Shown here piece after piece: positions 18,185 through 27,364 of a stretch of DNA of 64,000 bases (position 1 is its first letter; each line of letters starts with the position of its first letter). This stretch comes from Bacteroidales bacterium (GTDB lineage: Bacteria; Bacteroidota; Bacteroidia; Bacteroidales; FEN-979). A program made the translations under genes and the position numbers. Under the pieces are notes generated by a model. It worked only from the letters and a program-made list of their open reading frames with translations. It made no database searches and was not told the DNA's origin. The stretch is taken from NCBI GenBank assembly GCA_028706295.1, contig JAQWBQ010000011.1:10506-74505 (forward strand). Reading direction: 5' to 3'.

Positions 18185-19219
18185 TTAAATTTTTTTGTTC
18201 CCGATTAATCCTTTTTTCCTGATTTCTTTATCAAAATCCGATTCAATGATTTTGTCCCGTACTATCCTGTATTTTTCAAATTCATTTTCAGCAAGGGACA
18301 TTGCCAATTCATGTGACACTGTCCCCGGATGCAAAAGCACCTCCTTTTCGTTAAAACGAAGAAAGGCATCAAGCTTCTCAACCCAATCTTTCATAAACAT
18401 GATTATTCCCTTCTTTGCTTGTGTTTCAGCATAATCGAGATACATACTTACGATTCGGTTTAATGCTTCCAATTCAGTTTCATTCAGATAATTCTTTGCA
18501 ATCCCGATATCAGTTTTGCGGATACTGCCGGATGGAGCATTTTTCCAGTTTGTCAATCCCATATTTTCTACTGAACTGTCGGCTCTTGCTGCAATAATTT
18601 CAGCCGCGGTTTTGCCTGTTATAGCCCAATGAAGTTTATTTTGCACGGTAGAAAAAAATTCAGTGGTAATTCTCGCATTGGCATTGTAATCGGCGCTGCA
18701 TTGACTGTAGATATCGGTTATTTTCTGATAAAAACGTCGTTCACTCGACCTGATATCGCGTATGCGGGCGAGTTGTTCCTCAAAGTAATCTTTCCCAAAT
18801 ATATTTTCAGGATTTTTCAGGCGTTCATCATCCATAGTGAAGCCTTTGATAATATACTCTTTCAGCCTTTCGGTAGCCCAAATTCTGAAATGGGTGGCCT
18901 GAATACTGTTTACGCGATATCCCACCGAAATAATTGCATCCAGATTATAGAACTGGGTTGAATATTTTTTTCCATCAGCGGCAGTATGTGCAATTATTGC
19001 ACATACTGAATCTGGCTTTAACTCATTACTGATGAAGATATTTCTTAAATGCTTGGTTATTACAGTCCTGTCAACTCCAAACAGCTCGGCAATTTTTAGT
19101 TGTGTCAGCCAAATGGTTTCGTCACGAAGAAATATTTCAACTTTAACTTTTCCGTTCGGGGTCGTGTAAAGGAGGATTTGGTTGAAGCCTTCCCGTGCAG
19201 GATAATTTTTTTTACCCAT
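18185..19219 (-). CDS. RhuM-family protein embedded in the cas operon
   Basis: 344-aa ORF. 'ILLYTTPNGKVKVEIFLRDETIWLTQLKIAELFGVDRTVITKHLRNIF...' and 'YNLDAIISVGYRVNS..ATHFRIWAT..L' match the conserved N-terminal half of RhuM (PF13310-type) proteins as I remember them. The gene ends 9 bp before the cas4 start and begins 71 bp after the cas7c stop, on the same strand. Confidence 0.75.
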   Translation of the reverse strand: MGKKNYPAREGFNQILLYTTPNGKVKVEIFLRDETIWLTQLKIAELFGVDRTVITKHLRNIFISNELKPDSVCAIIAHTAADGKKYSTQFYNLDAIISVGYRVNSIQATHFRIWATERLKEYIIKGFTMDDERLKNPENIFGKDYFEEQLARIRDIRSSERRFYQKITDIYSQCSADYNANARITTEFFSTVQNKLHWAITGKTAAEIIAARADSSVENMGLTNWKNAPSGSIRKTDIGIAKNYLNETELEALNRIVSMYLDYAETQAKKGIIMFMKDWVEKLDAFLRFNEKEVLLHPGTVSHELAMSLAENEFEKYRIVRDKIIESDFDKEIRKKGLIGNKKI

Positions 19220-19290
19220 CTTGTTTGGAATAAATTTGTTGACAATAAAAAATGGTTGATAATAACTTTATCCGCGTAATTCATTTAGAA

Positions 19291-20127
19291 TTAAAGCATT
19301 TCGATAAGTTCAACGCCCGCAGGCATAGATTTGTTTATGGTAACTGAATAATCGCCCCAGGACCTGGGTAGTTCGTTGTTTTTTACAATCTGGACCTTGT
19401 CAAAAAGTTCACCGGATCGGGCTGACCCCAGATGATTATTATGCTTGAAAACAATTAATTTCCTTGGGTTCATTTCTCCCCGGGCAGCAGCACGATCATG
19501 TTCAAAGGCATTAAGCAATGCTTCCCACAATAATGTCAGGTCTTCTTCTGAAAATCCAGATTTCATTGCATCAACAGCTGAAACAAATCCATGCATTCGG
19601 TAAAGTGCATATGGAACTGTAGATTTGCGGCCGAAAGTAGAAGCATTTTCCCTTTTTTCCTGTGATTTTGCCTCTTTTTCAGTTGTAACAGCGCAGCGTG
19701 TTATTGAATGCTCAGCCTGGTATATCCGGTCCTCAGAACGTGAAAAGGTGAACTGCACGGGGCCCCTGACAGTTCCTGCGCCTTTTTCTCCTACACTTAA
19801 AACGGCTCCAAAGGCACGTATGTCATAATAATCTTTACACAAATTATTTTGTCTTTCCGGAATTGTGTTTCCAAGTGTATTGTCAATAATCGGAGCTAAG
19901 ACATTTCCCTGTCTGATAAAAATATCGTTGGGTTTACTTAAATTATCCTTTAACTGCACATAATTCCGGACTTTCCGTTTAATACATACATCTGTGATTA
20001 TTCCCTCCTGGTTTTCCGCATCCACACGTGGAAGATTTGCCTGATCCGGATCACCGTTAGGATTTCCGTCTTTTACATCAAATAGAAAAACAAAGTCGTA
20101 ACGATTTTTAATTGTTTTTGTTTCCAT
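19291..20127 (-). CDS. cas7c: Type I-C Cascade subunit Cas7c (Csd2)
   Basis: 278-aa ORF. 'RYDFVFLFDVKDGNPNGDPD' is the Csd2/Cas7 signature N-terminus. Confidence 0.9.
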   Translation of the reverse strand: METKTIKNRYDFVFLFDVKDGNPNGDPDQANLPRVDAENQEGIITDVCIKRKVRNYVQLKDNLSKPNDIFIRQGNVLAPIIDNTLGNTIPERQNNLCKDYYDIRAFGAVLSVGEKGAGTVRGPVQFTFSRSEDRIYQAEHSITRCAVTTEKEAKSQEKRENASTFGRKSTVPYALYRMHGFVSAVDAMKSGFSEEDLTLLWEALLNAFEHDRAAARGEMNPRKLIVFKHNNHLGSARSGELFDKVQIVKNNELPRSWGDYSVTINKSMPAGVELIEML

Positions 20128-20130
20128 GTT

Positions 20131-21948
20131 TTAATCCTCCTGATTTTCTAATAATGGTTGAAGTTCTTTATTGATTTTTGCATTGTCATAATCCTGCTGT
20201 TTCTGATGGTAATATCCGAGTGCAAACTGCCCTTGTTCTTCAAGCGAAAAGATTGTTGGAAATCCATCAATATTGTTGCACAATTCCTGTAGTTGCCTGT
20301 CAAGTAATACGGCGAGTCCGGGCTTGTCGTGTTTAAGTTTTGAAATGTGATTTTGCGATAATTTCATCAACCTGCCATAAGCAGGAGCCGGGCTGGTAGA
20401 AGCAAAAGAGAAAAATCGTTCACGAATTCCTGCATTTAGATCTTTGCCTTGTGCTGCTCGTTGAATACTTTCCATCACTGCGAAAATTTTACCGCAAACA
20501 ATAGCTGGGCTCTTATCGTTCGGGTCATTTTGTTCTTTTATCATAATTCCTCCGTTTTTATTATTTCTGTTTAGAATAAACCTTATTAATGCTGCTCTAT
20601 CGGGTGTAACTGGATCTTTTATCTCTCCATTCTCTGAACTCTCGGTAAAACGAATCCTTTTCAGTATTGCTGCTAAAATCCACAATGGAGGTGTTGAATT
20701 TTTTAGCGCAGCATTCCACAGATGTGTTGCTATCCGGGCCTTCGTCTGATCATTGACAGATTTGACATTTTGACCGGCCATTGCCAATAGGTGTAAGGGA
20801 GCATACCTTGTTTCACCGTATGCATGGATGGCGATTTCCTTAAACCATTTTGCAATGTTATTTCTGTAATCATCCAGGCTTATCTCAATCCAATCACGCA
20901 CAGCTATGCGTGCTGCAGCGCCTGATAGTGTGAGAGAATAAAATTGGTTCGGCTTAATACCCCTGACAGTCCTTTTATCACCCTGACTAACAGAGTCAAA
21001 TAGCTTTGTGATTTCACCCGGATCAGGATTATCAAGTAAATGAATATCATCTATTGATTCTTCTTCTCGTGTCCAATAAATGTTCGCGGTATCTGAACCT
21101 AAATTTTTGCGATTGGTGAAAGAAAAATATTGTTTTTCCTTTCCTTTTTTATCAGTAATGGTATTTTCACTGCCATTAGCCAATAACCAATTTAGGCCTT
21201 CCACGTAATTTTTAGCACAATTGGTGCAAATAGAAGAGTTATCATTCCCTTTTAAGTTGTATGATTCAAATGCTTTTTCATTATATGAAACCAAAGCACA
21301 ACCTGCTTTTTGCCCATCAGGAACCCTTTTGATCATTCCATGTGGTTGATCTAAAACCGGAAAATCGCTCTTCCCACATATCGAACAAACCTTTTGTTGT
21401 CCAGATAACTGTGCTGCCTGTTCTATTTCGAACTTTTCGATAATAGCATTATATACCACTTGCTGCTCATGAAGCCTGTCATCCTTAATCCGAAAAGCAA
21501 TATTCCCTAATCTGTCTTTTTCGCCAACCTGATTTTCAAATTCACGAAAAGCTTTATCCAGCCCATTTTCCCGGTTATCATAATAAAAGTCAAAAACAGG
21601 TTTTAAAACATCCAATTCCTTATATAATTGCAATTTTTTTAAAAAAAGTTGATGCTTATACTGTAATGCGGATTCAGCCTTATTTTGTTTTTCTGATTTC
21701 TCATTTTCAGGAATATTTGAACAAAAACCAGAATAATTCAACACCTCACTTGCTTTATCAAGTAATAGTCGCGCTTTTCCTTTTTTTGAGGTTATGGCTT
21801 CTGCCGGCCTACTTATTTTGTCAATTACCGAAAACGAATGAAACGAGCCGTCTTCATTGATCACCAAATCAACTGAAATAGGCTCGTCTTTTAACGCATC
21901 GTGTCCCTTTCGTATCCGTTTTCCAAACTCCGCTAATTCCTTGATCAT
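20131..21948 (-). CDS. cas8c: Type I-C Cascade large subunit Cas8c (Csd1)
   Basis: 605-aa ORF between cas5c and cas7c. It has a Cys-rich 'CSICG...C..C' segment and an alpha-helical C-terminal third. In characterised I-C systems that region also yields an internally translated Cas11c. Confidence 0.85.
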   Translation of the reverse strand: MIKELAEFGKRIRKGHDALKDEPISVDLVINEDGSFHSFSVIDKISRPAEAITSKKGKARLLLDKASEVLNYSGFCSNIPENEKSEKQNKAESALQYKHQLFLKKLQLYKELDVLKPVFDFYYDNRENGLDKAFREFENQVGEKDRLGNIAFRIKDDRLHEQQVVYNAIIEKFEIEQAAQLSGQQKVCSICGKSDFPVLDQPHGMIKRVPDGQKAGCALVSYNEKAFESYNLKGNDNSSICTNCAKNYVEGLNWLLANGSENTITDKKGKEKQYFSFTNRKNLGSDTANIYWTREEESIDDIHLLDNPDPGEITKLFDSVSQGDKRTVRGIKPNQFYSLTLSGAAARIAVRDWIEISLDDYRNNIAKWFKEIAIHAYGETRYAPLHLLAMAGQNVKSVNDQTKARIATHLWNAALKNSTPPLWILAAILKRIRFTESSENGEIKDPVTPDRAALIRFILNRNNKNGGIMIKEQNDPNDKSPAIVCGKIFAVMESIQRAAQGKDLNAGIRERFFSFASTSPAPAYGRLMKLSQNHISKLKHDKPGLAVLLDRQLQELCNNIDGFPTIFSLEEQGQFALGYYHQKQQDYDNAKINKELQPLLENQED

Positions 21949-22655
21949 AATACCTCCATTTCTTCTTTCTGGTTAAACCCGTATATAACTGATGAAACCT
22001 TGCTATCCATTTCCGGTTGAAAATGGGATGAAAGCATCATTTTTTCGTTCTCAGATTTGGGGCACATCAGGATGCCGTCTACCACGGCAACATCATAAAA
22101 AAACAAAGGTGATGGGTTGCCTTTTTCATCAAAAAAAATGTCGAAAAGCATACTGCCAATTGGTATTGTTTCCCGTATAGGTTGTTCAGTGCCATCCGGG
22201 GCACAAAATTCTGCAGCAAATTCACGTGTTCCTAAAAAAGGTCTTCGCCAACATTGGCCTTTCTTTACGCGTCGCCGAAACATTTCAGTATACTTCTTTA
22301 GATGATTAACAGGATTAAAGTTTTTTTGAAATACAGAAGCTTCGATGATGTATGCAACATCCTTTAAAATAATACTGTTTCTCTGGGCCCGTCTCTCCTC
22401 TATTAAAATCGGTGTTTTCCCTTGTTTGGCGTTAATTTCATTCCGTCTGACCGAGAAAAATTTAACCGGATTAAGCACAACAATCCTATGTATCCACCAT
22501 TGAAATTCAGGCTTCCAAAGAATTGAATCGAGCACCCCCCTTGCAGCAGATGGAGTCATGCATGGATAGGTCATTCGTTCAACTTTCAAGTCGGGCCTGG
22601 TAAAGCAGGCAAATTCACCTGTCACTTTTACACGTAAGATTTCATTATCTATCAT
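21945..22655 (-). CDS. cas5c: Type I-C Cas5c (Cas5d) pre-crRNA endoribonuclease
   Basis: 236-aa ORF. 'VKVTGEFACFTRPDLKVERMTYPCMTPSAARGVLDSILWKPEF' is the canonical Cas5d N-terminus. Its stop overlaps the cas8c start by 4 nt. Confidence 0.9.
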   Translation of the reverse strand: MIDNEILRVKVTGEFACFTRPDLKVERMTYPCMTPSAARGVLDSILWKPEFQWWIHRIVVLNPVKFFSVRRNEINAKQGKTPILIEERRAQRNSIILKDVAYIIEASVFQKNFNPVNHLKKYTEMFRRRVKKGQCWRRPFLGTREFAAEFCAPDGTEQPIRETIPIGSMLFDIFFDEKGNPSPLFFYDVAVVDGILMCPKSENEKMMLSSHFQPEMDSKVSSVIYGFNQKEEMEVL

Positions 22656-22671
22656 AATTCTGTTTTATAAG

Positions 22672-24837
22672 TTATATAATGTAAGTATCAGGTTGAGTAT
22701 TACTGGAGATACCGTAATCAGGGTCGTACATACCGTACCATTTCCAATAACCTTGGGGTTCTTTCCCCATTTTGTCAAAATTTTCATTAATAAAATTGTC
22801 ATAGACCTGCACTGAATACTGCTGCATAGATCTGAAGTCGGATCGTGATAATATTGGCTTATATCTTATTTTCTCATACAAATCCCTGCTTTCGTTACAA
22901 AGTATAAAAACAGGCGTTGTCTGTTTTTCAATTAATTGATATGATTCAGAAACGGTTTTAAAATTGAATCCCAGTCTGGCCTGACCAATGTTTTTTTTGT
23001 CTTCAGGAATAAAAAGTGTGAAGGCTTTTCGATAATACTCCTTAAAGAAATCATGTTCAAAAAGCAGAGCTTCTTTTCCTTTGTACAAGCTATTTGCGAA
23101 TTCAGCCAAGGATCGATATTGCTTATCAGGCGAGCCTGCCCCTTCAATTGAAAATATGTAAACCCTGCCAGGCTTATCCAATTTTCCTTCACGATTGCAT
23201 CGTCCGGCCGACTGAATAATTGATTCCAAAGGAGCGAGCTCCCGGTAAACATTTGGAAAATCGAAATCAACTCCGGCTTCAATTAATTGGGTAGAAGATA
23301 CCAATATCTTTTCCTTGTTGCTCAAACAATTTCGAATGGCTCTAATCACTGCTTTGCGGTGTGCCGGATACATGCCTGTTGATAAATGAAAGACTTTATC
23401 GTTTGGGCAATTACGAATTGCATTAAAAAATAGCAAAGCTTGTTTTTTGGTATTGAAAACACACAAGGTCGAACCATCGCGCGCTACCACGTTATCACAT
23501 AATTCATCAATTGTTATCGGTTCGTAATTGTTTAACGGCAGGTAAACAACCCTCCTGGTAGCTTCAAACACTTCTTTTGGATTTTCAACCAAGGACTGAA
23601 TAGAATCAATACCATCAAAAATTTCACTTTTTTCAAAAGCCGGTTGTGTTGCCGTGCAAAACAGAAATGAAGTTTCCATAACTTTCTGAACATTTTTTAA
23701 CATGGTAAGGGTAGGCAATACCAATTCTTTCGGGAGCGTTTGGACTTCATCAAATATTACAACCGATTGAGCGATGTTGTGAACTTTCCGACATCGGGAC
23801 GGCTTGTTTCCAAATAATGATTCAAAAAATTGTACTGATGTAGTAACGATGATCGGGTAGTCCCAGTTTTCGGTAGCTAATCTCTTCGTATAGGTTTCGT
23901 TTGTCAGAATTTCATTTGCTATTTCTTTATTAGTTTCCTCATCTTCATTGAAGTTTGAATGATGTTCAAGCACCCACTCTTCGCCAAAAATGCGTTTCAA
24001 TTCCTGTGCAGTCTGGTCAATAATACTTATGAACGGTAGAACAATGATTATTCTCTTCAAACTGTTATGCTGAGCATGATGCAAAGCCCAACTAACCGAT
24101 GTTAATGTTTTACCCATCCCTGTCGGAAGCGTCATAGAAAAAAAACCAGTATCGGCCCTGGCTTTTAAAATTGCATAATTTCGAACGCTGTTTCGCAATG
24201 TGTTTAAATAACCTTCCTTGCTTTTTCCATCAATCTCCTTTTCAAATTTTGCTAACAGATATTGAGGATCAAGTACTATCGAATTTCGTCTCTCAGACTC
24301 AGATGGACTAAAATGCCGTTCAGTATCTAACCAATCCGCATCCGTCAACGCACTAAACAGCATCCGGATAAACAATTCTTTATCAATACCTCTCAAGCCA
24401 GTATCTTGATAACCCAAATCATCTGCCTTAATTGAGTTTTCTTTTAAAAACTCTGGCATTATGGAAGTCAATAAAGGATGATCCGGATCATCAAATTCAT
24501 AAAGATCAGTTTTTAGATTACCCTTATCCGGAAGACCTTTATGATGGCCGTCAATCGCAAATGCAGCTTCAATTTGGTTATATTGAACAGCAATCGCTGC
24601 ACCCCAACTGGCATGGGGGACACTACCTTTCGTACCTCCTTCTGTCAGGTATTTTTGAAACGCTGGTTGGTATTTACCTAAATCGTGAAGTAATCCAGTG
24701 GTTCGAAATATCTCATTATAAATAGGATTTTCTGTTAATGAACTCATTATTTTGGAGACCCCATTCAGGTGGTCGGACAACTTATGCACGGTCCCCTGAT
24801 CATTTTTTGAATGGGCAATATATCTTTTCTCTTCCAT
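22672..24837 (-). CDS. cas3: CRISPR-associated helicase/nuclease Cas3 (HD domain plus SF2 helicase)
   Basis: 721-aa ORF with HD-nuclease motifs near the N-terminus (LLHDLGKY, IDGHHKG). Walker A 'LPTGMGKT' and the DEAD-like 'VIFDEVQ' box are present. It is the first gene of the operon. Confidence 0.9.
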   Translation of the reverse strand: MEEKRYIAHSKNDQGTVHKLSDHLNGVSKIMSSLTENPIYNEIFRTTGLLHDLGKYQPAFQKYLTEGGTKGSVPHASWGAAIAVQYNQIEAAFAIDGHHKGLPDKGNLKTDLYEFDDPDHPLLTSIMPEFLKENSIKADDLGYQDTGLRGIDKELFIRMLFSALTDADWLDTERHFSPSESERRNSIVLDPQYLLAKFEKEIDGKSKEGYLNTLRNSVRNYAILKARADTGFFSMTLPTGMGKTLTSVSWALHHAQHNSLKRIIIVLPFISIIDQTAQELKRIFGEEWVLEHHSNFNEDEETNKEIANEILTNETYTKRLATENWDYPIIVTTSVQFFESLFGNKPSRCRKVHNIAQSVVIFDEVQTLPKELVLPTLTMLKNVQKVMETSFLFCTATQPAFEKSEIFDGIDSIQSLVENPKEVFEATRRVVYLPLNNYEPITIDELCDNVVARDGSTLCVFNTKKQALLFFNAIRNCPNDKVFHLSTGMYPAHRKAVIRAIRNCLSNKEKILVSSTQLIEAGVDFDFPNVYRELAPLESIIQSAGRCNREGKLDKPGRVYIFSIEGAGSPDKQYRSLAEFANSLYKGKEALLFEHDFFKEYYRKAFTLFIPEDKKNIGQARLGFNFKTVSESYQLIEKQTTPVFILCNESRDLYEKIRYKPILSRSDFRSMQQYSVQVYDNFINENFDKMGKEPQGYWKWYGMYDPDYGISSNTQPDTYII

Positions 24838-25206
24838 AAATAAAGATAATCATGAGATCGATGCATGAACTGCCCTTAAACTGTCAACCTATGTATCTCA
24901 GATACCGGGATAACAGAATGGGCTTTTTACAACTTACGTTTGTCGGTAAAATATCAGGTAATATTATGCAAGTGATCTTCTGAAAATACTATACAAAGAT
25001 ATAACAAGAAATTTTAAATGTTCACTGTCAATAAAATATTCGTCTGTCAAACCTGAAAATTATCGTGTTAATAGGCGACAAGGCAAACATCCAAAGGATC
25101 GATTTGAACAATCATCGCTTGATTATCTCCCGAGTGAAAAAAACGAACCAAATGAATGAAGATGATCGATGAGACTGATAAATATCTGGCAAACTTTTTA
25201 AAAAAA

Positions 25207-25563
25207 TCAACCATTCTGTTGAATCTCATTTTGAGAGGCAACATCTTTATCATCGCTGCCTTGCCCGCCTCTTTTCATCTCGCTCAGCTTCCTGCCGACA
25301 ACCAGGTTATATTCATTTTGCAAATCGACCGGGGTCACTTCGTTGGAGATGCCGGCTGCTTTGTTCTGCCGATACTGGCTTGCCGCGGCCTTTGCTGCAA
25401 TCGCGAAACGACGACGGTTCTCCTTCTGCTTTTTGGTCCATACACCTTTAAAAACTGGCTTTGCCGAAAGGATTACATATTTACCGTAATTTTTCAGAAT
25501 CACCTGTTTGCCGATTGTTCCGCTGAAACATTTGACCAGCACATTGTCCTTGCTTTTTGCCAT
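25207..25563 (-). CDS. Hypothetical small basic protein (118 aa)
   Basis: K/R-rich ORF (KKQKENRRRFAIAAKAAASQYRQNK) with an acidic/polar tail. I recognise no family. It lies 156 bp downstream, in its own direction, of the 11-bp repeat array. Confidence 0.5.
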   Translation of the reverse strand: MAKSKDNVLVKCFSGTIGKQVILKNYGKYVILSAKPVFKGVWTKKQKENRRRFAIAAKAAASQYRQNKAAGISNEVTPVDLQNEYNLVVGRKLSEMKRGGQGSDDKDVASQNEIQQNG

Positions 25564-25718
25564 CGGATTGATTATTTTTGTTATTGAAATTTTCCGGATT
25601 TAAAGCTTAATCCGCCTTCACTAACAAAAGTCAACGCTCCCTCCTTCTTTTTTCCGGAATCAGCTATCTTTTTCCGGTTTTTGCTCAATTTTATATCGTT
25701 GTTCAACCGGAAGACCAT

Positions 25719-25960
25719 CGCAGGATGGACGCAGGATGAACGCAGGAAGAACACAGGATCAATGTAGTATCGACGAAGAATCTACGCGGTATGGACGCGA
25801 GATATGTGCTGGATGGATTCTAGATCAGCACGCAATCAACGCAGGATTGAGGCAAGATTGACCCAAGATTGAGCCAAGTTCAACGCCGGATTGACGTACC
25901 ATAGAGACAGTATGGACGAGGAATCAAAGCAGGATGTTCGCAGAATGGTCGCGGGATGAC
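25719..25960. repeat. Array of 22 contiguous, indel-free 11-bp units (consensus about CGCAGGATKGA)
   Basis: Units read directly from the sequence: cgcaggatgga, cgcaggatgaa, cgcaggaagaa, cacaggatcaa, tgtagtatcga, cgaagaatcta, cgcggtatgga, cgcgagatatg, tgctggatgga, ttctagatcag, cacgcaatcaa, cgcaggattga, ggcaagattga, cccaagattga, gccaagttcaa, cgccggattga, cgtaccataga, gacagtatgga, cgaggaatcaa, agcaggatgtt, cgcagaatggt, cgcgggatgac. The AT dinucleotide at unit positions 7-8 is kept in 20 of 22 units. Confidence 0.85.
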
Positions 25961-25974
25961 GCTGCCCTTTCAGA

Positions 25975-27270
25975 CTACAAAATGATCTGTTCAGGCCAGG
26001 GATTTGTTTTTGAAGTTCCCCAGAGCTTGTTGATATAATCGATCGAAAAGAAATCTTCAAAAGCATGAATCCAATAGGCGCCTCTGTCGGTCAGATTGAT
26101 CAGGTCCTGTCCGTTTTGAAGAAATCCAATTTTTTCCATCAGTGAAAAATATGTTCCATATTCTTTATCAATACTTTGGCCAAACCTTCGCTGGAAATCA
26201 CTTTTTCTGAATTTGGTTTCATAAATTCTCCAATAGAGCCACCCGGCCATTTGTGCTTTTTCTGATAAATCAAAGGATAAAGCAATGGGGGAGTTGTTGT
26301 TCTCCATAGCCCTGATATATTCTTTCACATTGAACGTGTTCACATAAAACATGTTTTTAAGATAGGAACTGCCACTGGCGCCAATTCCCAGGTATGAAGG
26401 AACCGTGACTGAACAATATTTATCCATTCCCTTTTGCGTGAAAGCCCACACCGATGAGCGTTCAAATCGTGACCCGTAAAAAATCTCTTCAATTACTTTG
26501 AGAAACTTTCTTCGGCGGAACATCGTTGAAAGGATATTGCGTTTATCAGGCAACTCTTTACCAAAGCGGGTATATTGAAATCTGAATAGTGGATACGTGG
26601 CTGCCTGGTTGATTCCAAGCTTAATCATGCTGGAGATGGCCTGCTCTACCTCAGATATCGTTTGGCCCGGTAAATCAAATATAAAATCGATGTTTAAACA
26701 CTCGAAATTTTTCCCGGCAGCTCTGCTCACAAAATCCTTAACCTCATTTTCAGTATAAGGCCTTTCCAATAATTTTAAATGCCTGTTCTGCAATGCTTCA
26801 ACGCCGACACTTAAGTATTTTACACCCAATGATTTCAGGGCATCAAGGTTTTCATTGCTCAGATGGTTGGGGTGACTTTCGATATGAATAGAACACCTCA
26901 TATTGAAATTTTTAAAAACCGCATCAAGAATCTCTTCCAGCCCCTTACCCAACATGGTTGTCGGGGTGCCACCTCCGATGTAAAAACTTGAAATGGGTTT
27001 CCCTGCCATCAGGGCTGCGTATTTTTTAACCTCCCTGACAACCGCTGCTGCATAATTCCGGGCAAGATCTTCATGAAACAGCTCTTTGTTATAGGGGCAA
27101 TAAGGACATATTTGGTTGCAAAACGGAATATGAAGATATAATCCTGTTTCGTCAAGCTCTTTAAAATTTTGAGCTATGGATGAATCTTGCGGAATAATAT
27201 TCTGAAACTTAATTTCATGTTGCCCAAAGAATTTTCCGGCTATCTTATTTCGAATAATTTCTGAAATCAT
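25975..27270 (-). CDS. HemN-like radical SAM enzyme (oxygen-independent coproporphyrinogen III oxidase family / class C radical SAM)
   Basis: CxxxCxxC motif 'CNQICPYCPY', then 'FYIGGGTP' and a HemN-type C-terminal domain. The track ORF extends to 27384, but that extension translates the TCGTAAA repeat element (MFNRKFYLIVNRKS...). The ATG at 27270 (MISEIIRNK) is the more likely start. Confidence 0.8.
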   Translation of the reverse strand: MISEIIRNKIAGKFFGQHEIKFQNIIPQDSSIAQNFKELDETGLYLHIPFCNQICPYCPYNKELFHEDLARNYAAAVVREVKKYAALMAGKPISSFYIGGGTPTTMLGKGLEEILDAVFKNFNMRCSIHIESHPNHLSNENLDALKSLGVKYLSVGVEALQNRHLKLLERPYTENEVKDFVSRAAGKNFECLNIDFIFDLPGQTISEVEQAISSMIKLGINQAATYPLFRFQYTRFGKELPDKRNILSTMFRRRKFLKVIEEIFYGSRFERSSVWAFTQKGMDKYCSVTVPSYLGIGASGSSYLKNMFYVNTFNVKEYIRAMENNNSPIALSFDLSEKAQMAGWLYWRIYETKFRKSDFQRRFGQSIDKEYGTYFSLMEKIGFLQNGQDLINLTDRGAYWIHAFEDFFSIDYINKLWGTSKTNPWPEQIIL

Positions 27271-27364
27271 TTCTGTTGATATCTTCTGATTCGATCCTCC
27301 GTGGCTTGATCCGGGATCCGGGCCGAAATTTACGATTAAACAAGATTTACGATTGACGATTAAA

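Noticed and set aside
24838-25206. Search for a TAnnTTTG/-33 TTTG promoter upstream of cas3, or an anti-CRISPR/Aca-type gene in the cas3-proximal spacer
   Set aside because: Only imperfect motif matches (such as TATCTTTA) are present, and no small ORF with HTH-like features. Nothing is supportable from sequence alone.
25719-25960. Reading the 11-bp array as a coding repeat (an 11-aa periodic peptide via a 33-nt super-period) or as part of ORF 25836-26066
   Set aside because: All three plus-strand frames hit stops within the array; the longest ATG-initiated stretch is about 41 aa. The minus-strand ORF overlaps the radical-SAM C-terminus out of frame and has no start context. The periodic peptide pattern is just a consequence of the DNA period.
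25207-25960. Interpreting the array plus small basic protein as a type II (ParMRC-like) partition locus
   Set aside because: Only the geometry (11-bp iterons, ~118-aa basic protein) is similar. There is no ParM/actin-like or other partition ATPase nearby, and I cannot show an RHH fold. I keep it as an analogy inside the finding, not as a call.
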